Part shown: in pieces, positions 43,535-59,669 of the stretch | Position numbering within the stretch: the stretch's first letter is position 1 | How the letters are laid out: every line of letters begins with the position of its first letter | Assembly (NCBI RefSeq): GCF_009914755.1 | Contig: NC_060935.1 | Length of the DNA stretch: 64,000 nucleotides | Source: the human T2T-CHM13v2.0 reference genome, Homo sapiens | Reading direction: 5' to 3' (one strand) | Made by a program: the position numbers and the translations under genes | Notes under the pieces: model-generated | The model's input: the letters and a program-made list of their open reading frames with translations, nothing else | What the model was told of the DNA's origin: nothing | The model's database searches: none

Positions 43535-45320
43535 AGTTCTATAAATTTTAACAAAGTTTTTGTAACTACCACTACAATCAAAATACAAAGCAGTTCCATC
43601 ACCCTCCCCCAACTCCAAACCCTTGGCAGCCATTGATCTGTATGCTGTTGTGATATTTGTACCTTTTGGAGAATGTCATACAAATGGAATCATATAGTAT
43701 GTAACCTTTGGATATTGGCTTCTTTTACTCAGAATAATGCCTTTGAGATTCACCCAACTTCTTGTGTGTATCTTACCTCTTTTTTATTGCTCAGTAGTAT
43801 TCCATTGTATAAATGTACCACAGTTTACTTATTCACTCACTGAAAGACATTTGGTTATTTCCAGTTTTTGGTGAATAAGAACAAAACTGTTCTAAACACT
43901 CATGCATGTTTTCATGTGAAATTTTTCATTTCTCTAGGCAAAATGTGTACGAATGTTATTGCTGAGTCATATAGTAACTGTTTGAAAGTTTACAAGAAAA
44001 TGCCAAACTGCTTTCTAGAGTGGCCATACTATTTTGCATTCCTATCAGTCATGTATGAGAGTTCCAGTTGCTCTGCATCCTCACCAGGAGCTGGTGTTGT
44101 CAATGTATTTTATTTCAGCCATTCTATTAGGTGGGTAGTGGTATTGTATCATGATTTTATTTGATTTAAGAGACGGGGTCTCACCATATTGCCCAGGGTG
44201 GAGTGCAGTGGCTATTCACAGACGCAAGCACGGCACACTACAGCCTCGAAACCCTGGGCTCAAGTGAGCCCAGCATCTGGAGATGTCTCCTGTCTCAGCA
44301 TCTGGAGACAGTCTCTGCACCCAGCTGTGACACTGTCATTTTACTTTGCATTTCTCTTATGGCTAATCATGTTCAGTATGTTTTCTTGTGCTTATTCCCA
44401 TCTGTATATCCTCTTCGGTGAAGCGTCTTTTGCCTATTTTAAAATGGGGTTGTTTTCTTACTTAGATACAAGTCTTATGTCTGATAAGTGTTCTACAAGT
44501 ATTTTTCTCCCAGTTTGTTGCCCACTGTTGCATTCTTTTAATGGTGGCTTTCACAGAGCATTGCCTTGGCAGCTTTGTAACAAATCAATTGACCTCAGAC
44601 TACCACTTATAGAAAGAGTATATTTACTTTTCCCTATTCCTTCAGTTAGGTACAGCTAAAAACCCTGGACACTATATGTAAAACATTATACATAAAACAA
44701 ATGTAAGAAGAATCTGAAAGGTGACAAGAAGGCAGACCACCTAAGGATCTGGAACCCAAGGAATACACAGAAATGAGTTCCCTGGGTTTTCTTTTATATA
44801 TCCCAGATTGGGTACTGGAGAAGCTGGCAACCCAGAAATGCCAATGGGCACAGCATTTTTTTTTAAAAGCCCTAGGAAAAGCCTGCTCTGTCTAGTCAAA
44901 GGACTAGGAAAGCAGCAGCTTTGCAAGACAGAACATTTTTAGATGATAACGTCTCTACTCCAGATAAGTACCACGGGAAAAAAACTACAACCCAACCCCC
45001 ACCCCCACCAGCAAAGGCCAGGTTCTAATGAGACCACTCAACTTCCTTTCTCCATTTCTGGGTTCATGTCAGAGAATACACAGGGGGAAGCTTAGACTTT
45101 CATCCTCAATGGACAGTAACAAGGCCCTCTCCTAATACTTGCCCCTCACACTTGTCAGCCCACCACATGTAAAACATGGAATTTCACCTGTACCTGGTGG
45201 CAAAGAGGTGCCCTTCCCTTCTCAGGTGGGATGGTGTCAGACAAGGCCAAGTGGAGAGTTGGGACTTTTACCTCCAACCAGTGGTAATGAGGCCACCCCC
45301 AAACCCCCACCTAGCTAAAC
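43535..45320. mobile_element. L1MD-like 3' fragment (-, 43535-44570, containing a FAM-like monomer at 44165-44330) head-to-head with an old L1 5'UTR fragment (+, about 44590-45320)
   Basis: L1 3'UTR motifs; 7SL-retained ggctattcacag in the monomer; L1MDa-like tacagctaaaaaccctggaca. Confidence 0.55.
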
Positions 45321-45481
45321 TGAAATGTATGCATTTCCCAAAATTCTTATGTTTATGCCTGTGAGTTGGCCATTGCTATTTCTTTCTCGGATTTTAATAG
45401 CCTTTCCTCCTTTTTCTGTTGAACTTCTATCTTTTAAGGCCCTACTTGCATGCTGTCTTCTTGGTGACTTTTCCTTACTAG

Positions 45482-47493
<2,012 letters not shown>

Positions 47494-47494
47494 C

Positions 47495-48865
47495 CTGATC
47501 AAGGAACTAGCATCAGAGCTGTTATGAATCAGTGGCCCTGGCGTGCCTCCTTTATTCCCCTTTCTGATTAAGGTCTACAGTGGTTTTTCCATGCCTGTCC
47601 CACCATTGTATGTTGGATGTGTGGGGAAAAGGTAACTTGTCTCTTTAGTTCCCGAGTCTTTACACTGAAAGCAACTGCACCTAAGAAAACTAACCCATAT
47701 CTGGACTTGATTTAGGTGACAAGATCTTGGACCTCAAACCTAAGCATGTTGCCAAAATGGGAAGACTTTGGGTGGTAGGAATGAGTCCATTTGCATGTGG
47801 GAGGAATATGAACTGTTGTGGACAGAAGATAGACTATGGCAGTTGATATTTCTAAAAATGAGCACAGTAATATTCTGGTGTTCCAGGATGCTACTATGCT
47901 TCTATCAAGAGATAAAATCTATTTCCCCTTTCCTTGAACCTGGGTGGGTCTGTGACTGATTCCAGACAACAGCCAATGTCAACTGCTGGTCTTATGAATG
48001 AATGAGCCCTCATAAGATTCCAGACCTCAGTCTTCAAATTTCCCTTGCTGATGTCAAGAGGAGTAGAGATTAACTGTCCCCACTAAGTCCCACCCAAATT
48101 GGAGATTCATGAGTAAAACAGATAATTTAGGCCACAGCAATGGTTATGGAATCACAGATAACCAGACCTCCTTAACACCTGTGTGTTCGGGGGAAGAGTC
48201 TTCTGGTGATATTTGAATTTGGACAAATGAGTTTTCTCTAGGGCTTGGTTTCCTCAACTGTAAAATGGAACAATAATTACCAAGTCATAGGAATGTTGTA
48301 AGGTTTAAATAAGATAAGCAAGGTGTTCTTTTCATAATGGGTCTGTAATAAACGCTACGCAGTATTATTTCAACTTATTCCCACCAGTTGTTCTAGCTTT
48401 ACTGCTTTGTACAAATTCACCTTCAGAGTACGTGAGTTTTATATACATTTATACAAACATATATAAAATCTGATTTTATATCTAAATCTCTCTGTATACA
48501 TATTGCAACATTATAGCTTCTGTAACACTCTTGGATCACTTGCTCTGGGGCAATCCAGTTACTATATCCCAAAGATGCTCAAGCAGCCTTATAGGGAGGT
48601 CTACATAGTGAGAAATTGAGGCCTCTTTCCTTGCTGACTTTCCAACCAATGTGAGTGAGGTACCTTGGAAGCTGATCCTCCAGCCCCAGTCAGCCTTCAG
48701 ATAGCTGCAACTGCTTGGGAGACCCCAAGCCAGAACCACCCAGCTAAGCCACTCTTGATTCCAATAGAAAATGCAAAAACTGTATAAAAATTTAAAAAAT
48801 TATTCTTGTTTTAAGTCACTAAAGTTTGGGATAATTTTTCTTATGCACTAAGAGTTAACTAACAG
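47495..48865 (+). mobile_element. MaLR (MLT1) internal 3' end plus MLT1 LTR fragments
   Basis: cctgtcccaccattgtatgttgg and ttgcatgtgggagga (MLT1-int), then LTR pieces including gatcctccagccccagtc. Confidence 0.65.
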
Positions 48866-49026
48866 CTATATCAAACATGAGGAAAGATGGGAAACTGATC
48901 ACAGGTTGAGGACTATTTCGGGGTCGATGGAAGGACAGAGATGGTTGAATAAACTTGAAAGTACTGATTGAGACTGAATTTGAAATAAATAACCATGGGG
49001 TCCAGGACAGAAAGGAAAAAAAGTAA

Positions 49027-50903
<1,877 letters not shown>

Positions 50904-52249
50904 TAGACTTTAGTTGCCTCCTTTGTAATTAGAGATAATAAAAGTTTCCACCTCATAAAGTTGTTCTAAGGACTGAATTACTATGTAAAATGCTTAGACC
51001 AGTATGTGGCACTTAGTAAGCACAAGGATTGACTATAATAATTCATCACTCATATGCTACTTCTTAAGGTCAGAGTCAGTTTTATAAGCCCCTTGTCTTT
51101 CGATTTGTACTCCATTGTAGAGGAGTAGACATTCATTGTCATTTTGACATTCACTGTAGAGGAAAGGACATTTGGAGGTCAGAAGACCTGGGATTACAAA
51201 GCCTAGCTCTCTTCCAATTCCTAGCTCCGTGAAATTTGGTGAGTCCTTGGTACATCTATGTTTTTCTCATTCATAGTATGAAAGACCTTAATCGTACCTG
51301 TCACACTGAAATGTTGCGAGGCTCAAATCAAATAATATATGTTAAAGTACAAAAATCCTCTATGAAGATTTCACTTACTATCTTTCCAAGAGTTCTTAAG
51401 CAACTGGATGCATAGGAAGGTCAGGGAGACAGCGGAGGGAGGGCCTGGTGATTAATATGTTCCACTTTACGATTTTCTGAAGGTGTAGGTTGGGTTTCAA
51501 CAACAGTGACTTTCCTAGACCTCGGAGGGTATTTTTAGCTAATGGGCAAATAGTAGTAGGAAACTTAAATGCTGTTATTTACCTTCTCTTCCTAACCTAC
51601 AGTTCCACTCAAGAACATGAAGAGTCTCATACGTTTGTATAGTGGTTCACAACTTACAACGTTTACGTGGTGCATCACAAGATCCCTATAGGGTAGTATT
51701 AACCCAATTTTTCAAGAAGGAAACTATGTCTGGAAATTGTAGAATGCACATTAAAAACTCTTTCTGACGAGCGTTTCTACCGGATCCGATGTTACCCAAA
51801 GTACAAAATTTAAAGAGGGAAGTCAATCACAAGATTTCATTGAATCTTCAGTATCAGGCAACTGGCTTCTATTTTATGGCCGCAAATAACTATATATTGG
51901 GCCCCTTTTCTCACCTGTAAAATAGGAACGAAAAGACCTTCTCCACAAATAAGATGAAATAAGAACAAAGGCTGAGGGTGAACCTACCACGTCGTAGGGC
52001 CTCAAATAAATTCCTTCTCCTTCTTGCCCTTGACAGAGATAGCACGAGATATCACTACCATTCCCACTTCACACGTGGAGGAAATCCAACGCGAGAACGC
52101 TCGGATTTCCCCTTCTTTACTTGCAACAACTCCGTAACCCGCAAATCGGCTACGGACAACTGCGATGTCCACTATGTTAGTTCTCGTAGCGTGGATTCTC
52201 TCTCCTCAAGATGCCATCTGGGGGGCTAGAGGCCACTAATAATTGCCCT

Positions 52250-53750
52250 CACGATCGAAGAAACTCGATCCTAATCCTCGACGGCACTTCAGGAACAAAG
52301 CTGCTCTCCCATCGTCCCTAACCTCACTACCGTAAAGGTCGCAGCAGAGCCCCTGCTCCAACCGCTAGCGCCATCTTGGCCGCTACGTGTGACGCCACAC
52401 GTAGCAGAGAGCGCAGCCGATTGGCTGGGAGACGGCAGCCCAGGAGAGGCGCGCGAAGCCAGAGACAGGAGGGTATGCAGGAGAAACCAAGGGAACTACA
52501 ATCCCGGCCTTCCTTGCGCGTACGACAGCAAACCTGGAGCGAAAGAGGTTGGAGTTTGGATTCGGACCACAACTCCCAGCACCCTCCGCGATGTCTGTCC
52601 TTTTCTTTCATAACGCGGAGGAAAAGAAGGACAAGATGAATGGAGGCCTTTTGGTGTTTGTTCTCCGAAAGGCGGGAAAAGCGAACTACACCTCCCGACT
52701 GGCCGCGCGCGGCTGCGCCTGCGCCCTGTTACCTGTCGCCATCTTGCCCCTTCAGAGGCACCGCAAACAAACCCAATTCCTGGTGTCCCCTAGTCTTGGC
52801 GGAGGAGCCTTTTAGATGAGCCCCGAAAGGCCGGGCAGGTGGGTGACTCTCAGGCAGGGTCCTGGGAAGAGCTGGCAGGCCAGCCAGGCTAGAGGAGCGC
52901 CGGGCCAAGCATTCGGAGCCCGGCTTGGGGCTCCCAGCCCCATCCTCCGTTGTTTCCTAACGGGATCGTGGGGCTCCCCGGGGTGGACTCAGGGGGACTC
53001 TGGCTGGCCTGGTGCTGGGACTCTGGGGGTTTAGCTCTGGGAGACTCCCGGTGAGTCCAGGTCGTCTGGCTGGGTATCCGCTGGCTTACTCTCTCTCGGT
53101 TGTCCTCTCCGCTGGGGAGGGAGTGAGGCGCGGGTGCCGGCCGGGACCCCTGACAACAGCTACTGGCCCAGAGGGGCTTGGGTCGTGGACTTGACATTGG
53201 GACCGGCGCCGAGAGGTCCGGGTGAGGAGCCTGGGCTGGCTGCTCTTGTTGTGGTGCTGCTAGGGAGTGCGTGTTTGGAGAGGGGGCGGGGCGGGCTTGT
53301 CTCCTTGACACTTGAGTGGGGAAGGATCCTACAAGATCCTGGTTCCCCGAGCGGGCTCCGGAAACTACTGCCCGGGTTTCCGATGCGTTGCGGCCCCGCT
53401 CTGGGGTCCCCTGGCTAGGACGCGCCGGGATGCCGTGACGTGGTGCTCGGTTCGAGCAGTCGCCGGCCGCCTCCAAGATCCTGTCGGGAGGCGGGGACTG
53501 GCTTGTGGAGGGAGAGGATTCCTTTGGCTCTGCCCCTTCTTCCTCCTCCCCACCCCTTTTCTTTATGTCATACTGCCGGCTGGGGCGCGCAGTCCAGTTC
53601 TTCTTGCCTTGGGTTTGTTCTGAGCTGAGAGGACTATGGGAAGTAGGGGGAGGGGGGCTCACCTCGGGACACAGAGTTGGAGTTAGCAGCCCCAGCGCCT
53701 GGAACGGGATATAGCAGTTATTTCGGTTCGGTGTCTGACTTCTAGGCTAG
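52250..53750. promoter_or_regulatory. EMSY: CpG-island, TATA-less, probably bidirectional EMSY promoter
   Basis: High CpG/GC content; YY1-type CGCCATCTT at 52369-52377 and 52737-52745; reverse CCAAT at 52420-52424; ZNF143/THAP11-type ACTACANNNCCC motifs (52495, 52566 variant, 52685); NRF1-like TGCGCCTGCGC at 52714-52724. Confidence 0.88.
52755..52838 (+). other. EMSY: EMSY non-coding exon 1 (start approximate)
   Basis: Immediately downstream of the promoter motifs; donor CAG|GTGGGT at 52838/52839. Confidence 0.7.
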
Positions 53751-54011
53751 ACAGTGAGCTCGTTCATTCATTCATTCATCCATTCGTTTTGCTCAGTCGC
53801 GTCAACCATTCACTTACCCATTTAACAAATACTTAGAGCGGCTCTACTCTGTGCTAAGCAGGTATTGCGCGTGCCCCCAGAGCCGTGTCTTTTTGTCTTT
53901 TACACTAGGAAATTCCCAGTTCTAAGTAAGTTCCTGGCAGCTCAACTGTTGGTAAATGGCTGTTTAATAACTACAGGATCAAAATTCATATTCCATTAAG
54001 ACTTGAGAGAG

Positions 54012-54080
54012 TATATATATATGTGTGTGTGTATATATATATGTATATATATATGTGTATATATATATATATGTATGTAT
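54012..54080. repeat. (TA)n/(TG)n compound microsatellite
   Basis: Direct inspection. Confidence 0.9.
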
Positions 54081-54648
54081 CGTTCCAATTTTAGTATATG
54101 TGTTGCTGAAGCGAGCACGAGGAGTTATTTATTAAGTTTCTTTAACTTGCTAGGAGCTTTACAAATTTTATCTCATGTAATTCATAAATGAGGAAGCTGA
54201 CAGGAGTCAACTTGCCCCAGGTTGGTAGTACCACCTGTTTATTAAATGAAATGCCAGCCACTATGAAAGAACTTTATATATAGTGTTCTTTAATACGCGT
54301 AACAAACTGGGTGGTATTACCTCTGTTTTATAGATGTGTAAAGCTTAGGCTCAACCAGTAAGTTGAAAAGTTGGGACTAGAAACCTAGAGGTGTCTGGCT
54401 CTAAAGCCTGTGTTCTTTCCACTGTGATAGTTCAAATGACTTAATTCTTGATTTCTCAAAAGTTGGAAAGTGTGGTGGTGAGAAAGGATTGTAAAATAGT
54501 AATATCTTTTTGGTTTACTTCTTAGCCTGTGACTGGATCTCCAGGTGAGTGGCCCCTTGAATGTACTTTGGTACTTTGGTAATTTGACTTTTTTTTTTTG
54601 TTCTGGTAGGGAGGACAAGCTCTTTGGGGCTACCAAACAGAAGCAGCA

Positions 54649-54718
54649 ATGCCTGTTGTGTGGCCAACCCTTCTGGATCTCAGCAGGGATGAATGCAAAA
54701 GAATTCTTCGAAAATTGG
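54649..54718 (+). CDS. EMSY: EMSY first coding exon (exon 54610-54718): MPVVWPTLLDLSRDECKRILRKL
   Basis: Acceptor poly-T...TAG at 54608-54609; ATG at 54649; donor G|GTATGA; recognised EMSY N-terminus. Confidence 0.97.
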
Positions 54719-55318
54719 GTATGACGTTCATTGTTTGTTTTTTACCTCTCTCTGATACCTTTTTTCCCTTTCTGCCTAGGTCATAGCTGTTTGCATGGAT
54801 GTCATATCTCACGCTACATCAGAAATTCTTTGGAGATACAGTTCCCATCTTACTCATTGTTGTTTCCCTCAGTGCCTAACATAGTGCTTTGTAAATAGTA
54901 GGTGTGTGAATTGTAATAATACTAGTAGCTAAGATTTATTGAGGGCTACTTGGCTATTCTGAGTCTTTTTTATACAACATCTAATTTAAATATTTTAAGA
55001 ATTAGCTTTGTCCTTTGAAAGCCTAAAAGGTAGGTGTTTTTTGTTTGTTTGTTTTGTCTCGTCTCCATTTTACAGATGAAGCTTAGAAGCCAAGGTAATG
55101 GTGATAGACATGGAGTCAGTATTTGAACCAGGGAGTATGCTTTCAGTCTCACTTTAACATACTCTTAACCTTCATGATTGTATGTGTCAATTACATACTA
55201 TTTCTGAATTCTAAGTTGATGTAAGCCATGCTCACTTTTTCAAATTATATTTTACTATCAATAATAAAACACATTTTATGCTTGTAATTTATTATTTAGT
55301 GCTTCTTTTCCCTTACAG

Positions 55319-55519
55319 CAGCCTTTCTCAACCAGCATTGAGGGAAAGAATTAAACCCTAATGCTAAGGTATCCATTGTATGTAAAGAACTAACTTCGCC
55401 CTGTGCATCTAGAGTGCTATTAGTTATTACTTTCCTTGGGAAAATTGAGAAAAAGAGTTATTACTCAAATCATTTTGTGTTCTGTAGTTCAAATGAGGAT
55501 CTTTGGTTGAGAAATGCTG
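55319..55519. mobile_element. MER112-like hAT-Charlie MITE
   Basis: TIRs CAGCCTTTCTCAACCA...TGGTTGAGAAATGCTG. Confidence 0.75.
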
Positions 55520-58197
55520 CCTTAGACTATGAGGACCTTGTCTTATTTACCACTGTAGTCTCTGGCTAGCACAATAAATGAAATAATTGAAAAAAATAAT
55601 TTGAAAAAGAAGATTAAATGTTTTGGCAGTGGATATGCATTATTTAGATATCTGTGATTTTAAAGGAAAAGTATAGGTCTTGAATTTAGACAGACCTGGG
55701 GTCTTGGTATTATTACAAATGACCCATGTGACCAAGGACAAGTTATTTATTCTTCCTAAATTTGTTGATAGTTTTGTTAAAACAAAAAAAAAGAGGATAA
55801 CACTCTCTGCCTCATTAGTTTGTTACGTGTGTTAACAGTATACATAAAGGGCCCGTCATAGTAAATCTTTGTTGGGAATTTTTCTTTGTAAATCAGATAG
55901 AATCATAGCTGCTCTGGCCCTGCCTGTCCTTTTTATTCCACCCAAGGCCACTATGAGGATTTCAAATCACTTTTTAGCAGCATCTTTTAAAGCAAGTCTA
56001 AGAGAGTTGTTTTTGGAGAGGGTGTGGGGGATGTCAATCTTTTTTTTTTTTAACCAAACTTTTAGTCCTAATCTGAAGATAGTTTTCTACACTTGCATAC
56101 AATTAATATAACTTGTTAGTTGCCGATTATAAAGTTGGACTCATATTTATTTGATAGCTGAAATTGCAGAACATATCACAAAGACAGTAGATTGAATTGG
56201 GGTTTCTGGGCTTGGGGGCCTTTGAATTGAGAGATTATGTTTAAATATAAAAATGGTAACCTTTAAGTCTAAATTTATTCCTAATTTAATCAGAGCTGTG
56301 TGGGTAATGTTGCTGCAGAGTGCTTCTATATAAAAGAAAACAGTCATCTCGTATGGTAATATCATCTTCATTGACCCCTCATATTGGGAGGTGAGCTTTG
56401 ATAGTGATTTGCCAAAGACTTCCTCCCCACCCGTTGGCTTATTATCATAACAATGAAACCTTTGAATTGTCTTCACATGCTAACTCTAGGTCCAAAGTTT
56501 AGAAAAGGTACATACAGTTTTTAAAAATTAGCTGTATCCTTTAAAAAATAGTTATAAATCATTTTAATATAAGATGTTAAATACTTAGATTTTACATACA
56601 TATAAAGAAATTGGGATAGAGAATTTCTTTATATATACTGAATGTGTCAGTGCTAGATAAATGCTTCCTTCTCTCTGTCTTGCCTCTCCCCTTCCCTATT
56701 TTTGTGATCATTCCTGAGCTGTAGCTCCAACACGGGGCTTTATGGACTATAGTGTATTTGAATGGCTGATTTAATGGACCAAATTGAGGGCTTTATATAA
56801 ATGGTTTGGCAAATCTTTCGTTTTTGGAATGTTCATATGTGTTTGTTATTTTATTCTACTTTTATATTAACACTGTGATAGAATTGCTTGAAAAATAATA
56901 CCAGAAATTCAACTAAATTTGAGGTATGTGAAGATCTAAGGATACCCATCAAAATGGACATCAACAAATGTGAAGGAGGTTGGGAAGCTAATAGGGTTCT
57001 TTACAATGAGTGAATTTCTTGTGAAGAGGAGGAAGTGATGTGGATTCTATAGCTGTGGTAACTGTGTTCAGAGTCCCAGTTTTGTGTGTGTGAGGTTGCC
57101 ATCTCTTGATTTTGTACATGACTTCTTAGACTTGAAATGTCAGAAATATTTGTTGTATTTCTTTAGTTAATTTTATTTTCTCTGAAGTAATGTCTTGATC
57201 ATCATAAATTCCACAGGTCACAAGTGTCAACTTCTTTTTCATTTTTCTCAAACTATTCCCTCACTTTGACCTCTTCATTTCTTTTTATGGCATTGCCATT
57301 CTCCTAAACATTTTGCAGGCTGCAAAATCTGACTGCCTTCTGTCATTACTTCCCACAATCAATCAATTACTGAGTCCTATCAAATAAAAACATTTTAGAC
57401 TGGAAATAGAGGCTTTTCTCAGTCTGGCCACAAACTACTTTTCCATTTTTACCGTTCTCTGTTCTCTTCCATGTGTGAACTAAAATCTTTAAAATAGTTA
57501 TTTGGATATATTTCTTAGGTGCCTTGTTGGATTTTAATCACCTTGAGGATAGGGATTTTATTTTGTTCCTAGAAATATTCTCCATGATACCTTGTAGCAG
57601 TAATGTTCAATTAGTAGTTTGGTTTGAGTTAGGGACTATCCAAGTACAGACATATTTTTACTGCCCTTAGTATAAAACTCTCAAACATAGTTACTGACTG
57701 TTACTGGAAGTTACTGGAATAATATGAAACTATCTGTTCTTTTACTCTATTTCTTTTGTACATTTGCTTTTTTTTTTTTTTTCCCTGCCTGCCTGGCACA
57801 CAATTCTCTTTCTGATTAAAGCTTCTGCTTCTACGCTAGATGATGTATTTCTCTTCTGCACTTAACTCCCTGAGGGCAGGATTAGCGCACCATTTGGTAT
57901 ATATAATGGGACTCAATACTGATCTGTTGAATAAAATATTTCATAAATGGGGGAAGGCATAAACATTTAGAGTATACTGCATTCTTGGTTATCCCTAATG
58001 CTTTTTCTGGACTCTATTCTGGGTCCGATAAAAGCTGAAACATGTTTCCTGAAACTAACTATTTCCTTCACTACTCTGAGCAGCAGAGCTTTGTCCTTCA
58101 AGAGTGACCACCACATTGAAATGTCTACATAGTATCCAACACAGGTTGAACATGCAGGATGTTTAAACTTAGGGTCATTTGGTTGGAACAGACATTC

Positions 58198-58808
58198 CTT
58201 TTTTTTTTTTTTCCTTCTGAGACAGAGTCTTACTCTGTCACCCAGGCTGAAGTACAGTGGCATGAACATGGCTCACCACATCCTCAACCTCCCAGGCTCA
58301 AGTGATCCTCCTACCTCAGCCTCCTGAGTAGCTGGGACCACAGGCATGCACTACCACCCCCAGCTGATTTTTAAATTTTTTGTAGGGATGGGGTCTTGCC
58401 ATGTTGCCCAGGCTGGTGTTGAACTCCTGAGCTCAAGCAATCCTCCTGCCTCGGCCTCCCAAAGAGCTGGGATTACAGGTGTGAGCCATGATGCCTGGCC
58501 AGATTTTTTTTTTTTTTTTTTTTAAGACAGGATCTCGCTCAGTTGCCCAGGCTGGAGTGCGGTGGCATGATCACAGCTCACTGCATCCTTGACTTCCTGG
58601 GCTCAAGTGATCCTCCCACGTCAGCCTCCTGAGAGGCTGGAACTACAGGTGTGTACCACCACACCCAGCTAATTTTTTGTATTTTTTTTGTACAGCCAGA
58701 GTTTTGCCATGTTGCCCAGACTGGTCTCGAACTCTTGGACTCAAGCAATCTGCCTCCCTCGGCTTCCCAAAGTGCTAGGATTACAGGCATGAGCCACTGC
58801 ACCCGGCC
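58198..58808 (-). mobile_element. Two tandem antisense AluJ elements in the EMSY intron
   Basis: AluJ diagnostics with poly-T heads. Confidence 0.9.
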
Positions 58809-59569
58809 TGACAGTTTTATTTCTTAATGGTTAATTCTGTGGAGAGAGTGCAATGAAGATGTCTAGTATTAGGATTCAGTATATTATGTCCTAGTTGCTG
58901 CAAGATCATTTCATGTTTATGTTTCCCAATTAGTCATTTTGATGATAGTTTTTATAGATGCGGAGGATCTTGCTTCTGGAGGGTACCTACAAAGTCCCTT
59001 CTAGGTAAGGAAACAGGTTTAGAGATGAGAAAAGACTTGCTGAATGTCACATAACTAATAAGTGGCAGTGCTGGAGTCAGAATATTTTGTTCCAATATTT
59101 TTTCCATTGCATACTATTTACAGTACTTTCGATTACACAGGAGGGAGGTAGAATATAGTTTGAATTCTTAGGCAAGCCTAAGGAATTATTTTAAGAGTTG
59201 ATTAATGAAGATACCTTTTAGTAATGCTGAAAACGTCTCAGCCTTGTTACATCAGTTGGTGCCTATTCCCAGTTGTTGGTATCATTTGTGTTATATGTTT
59301 TTTAGTGACAATGTGTGAAACAAAATATCTACTGTTAGATTTTTCTACCTAAACATTTTATATACATGACTTCTGTGAGGCAATGAAAAACAAAATATAA
59401 AATTATAAAAGTCACATTTTAATGTTATTAGATAAAATTTTTGAAAGGAATTTAAAACAATATTTTTATTTAATTATTTTTAGTTTTTTTGCCCTGAAGT
59501 TTCACTATACATAGCCATAGTATTAAAATATTAAAGGCCTATCTTGATAAAATAATTTTCTTCTTTTAG

Positions 59570-59669
59570 AATTGGAGGCATATGCTGGAGTTATCAGTGC
59601 ACTTCGGGCACAGGGGGATCTCACCAAGGAAAAGAAAGATCTTCTTGGAGAACTATCAAAAGTTCTTAG
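59570..59669 (+). CDS. EMSY: EMSY coding exon (100 nt), ENT domain: ELEAYAGVISALRAQGDLTKEKKDLLGELSKVL
   Basis: ttcttttAG acceptor and AG|GTAAAT donor; phase matches the neighbouring exons. Confidence 0.97.

Noticed and set aside
52889-53662. 257-aa minus-strand ORF
   Set aside because: Non-ATG start, low-complexity P/S/A/R composition expected from a GC-rich CpG island, and no domain.
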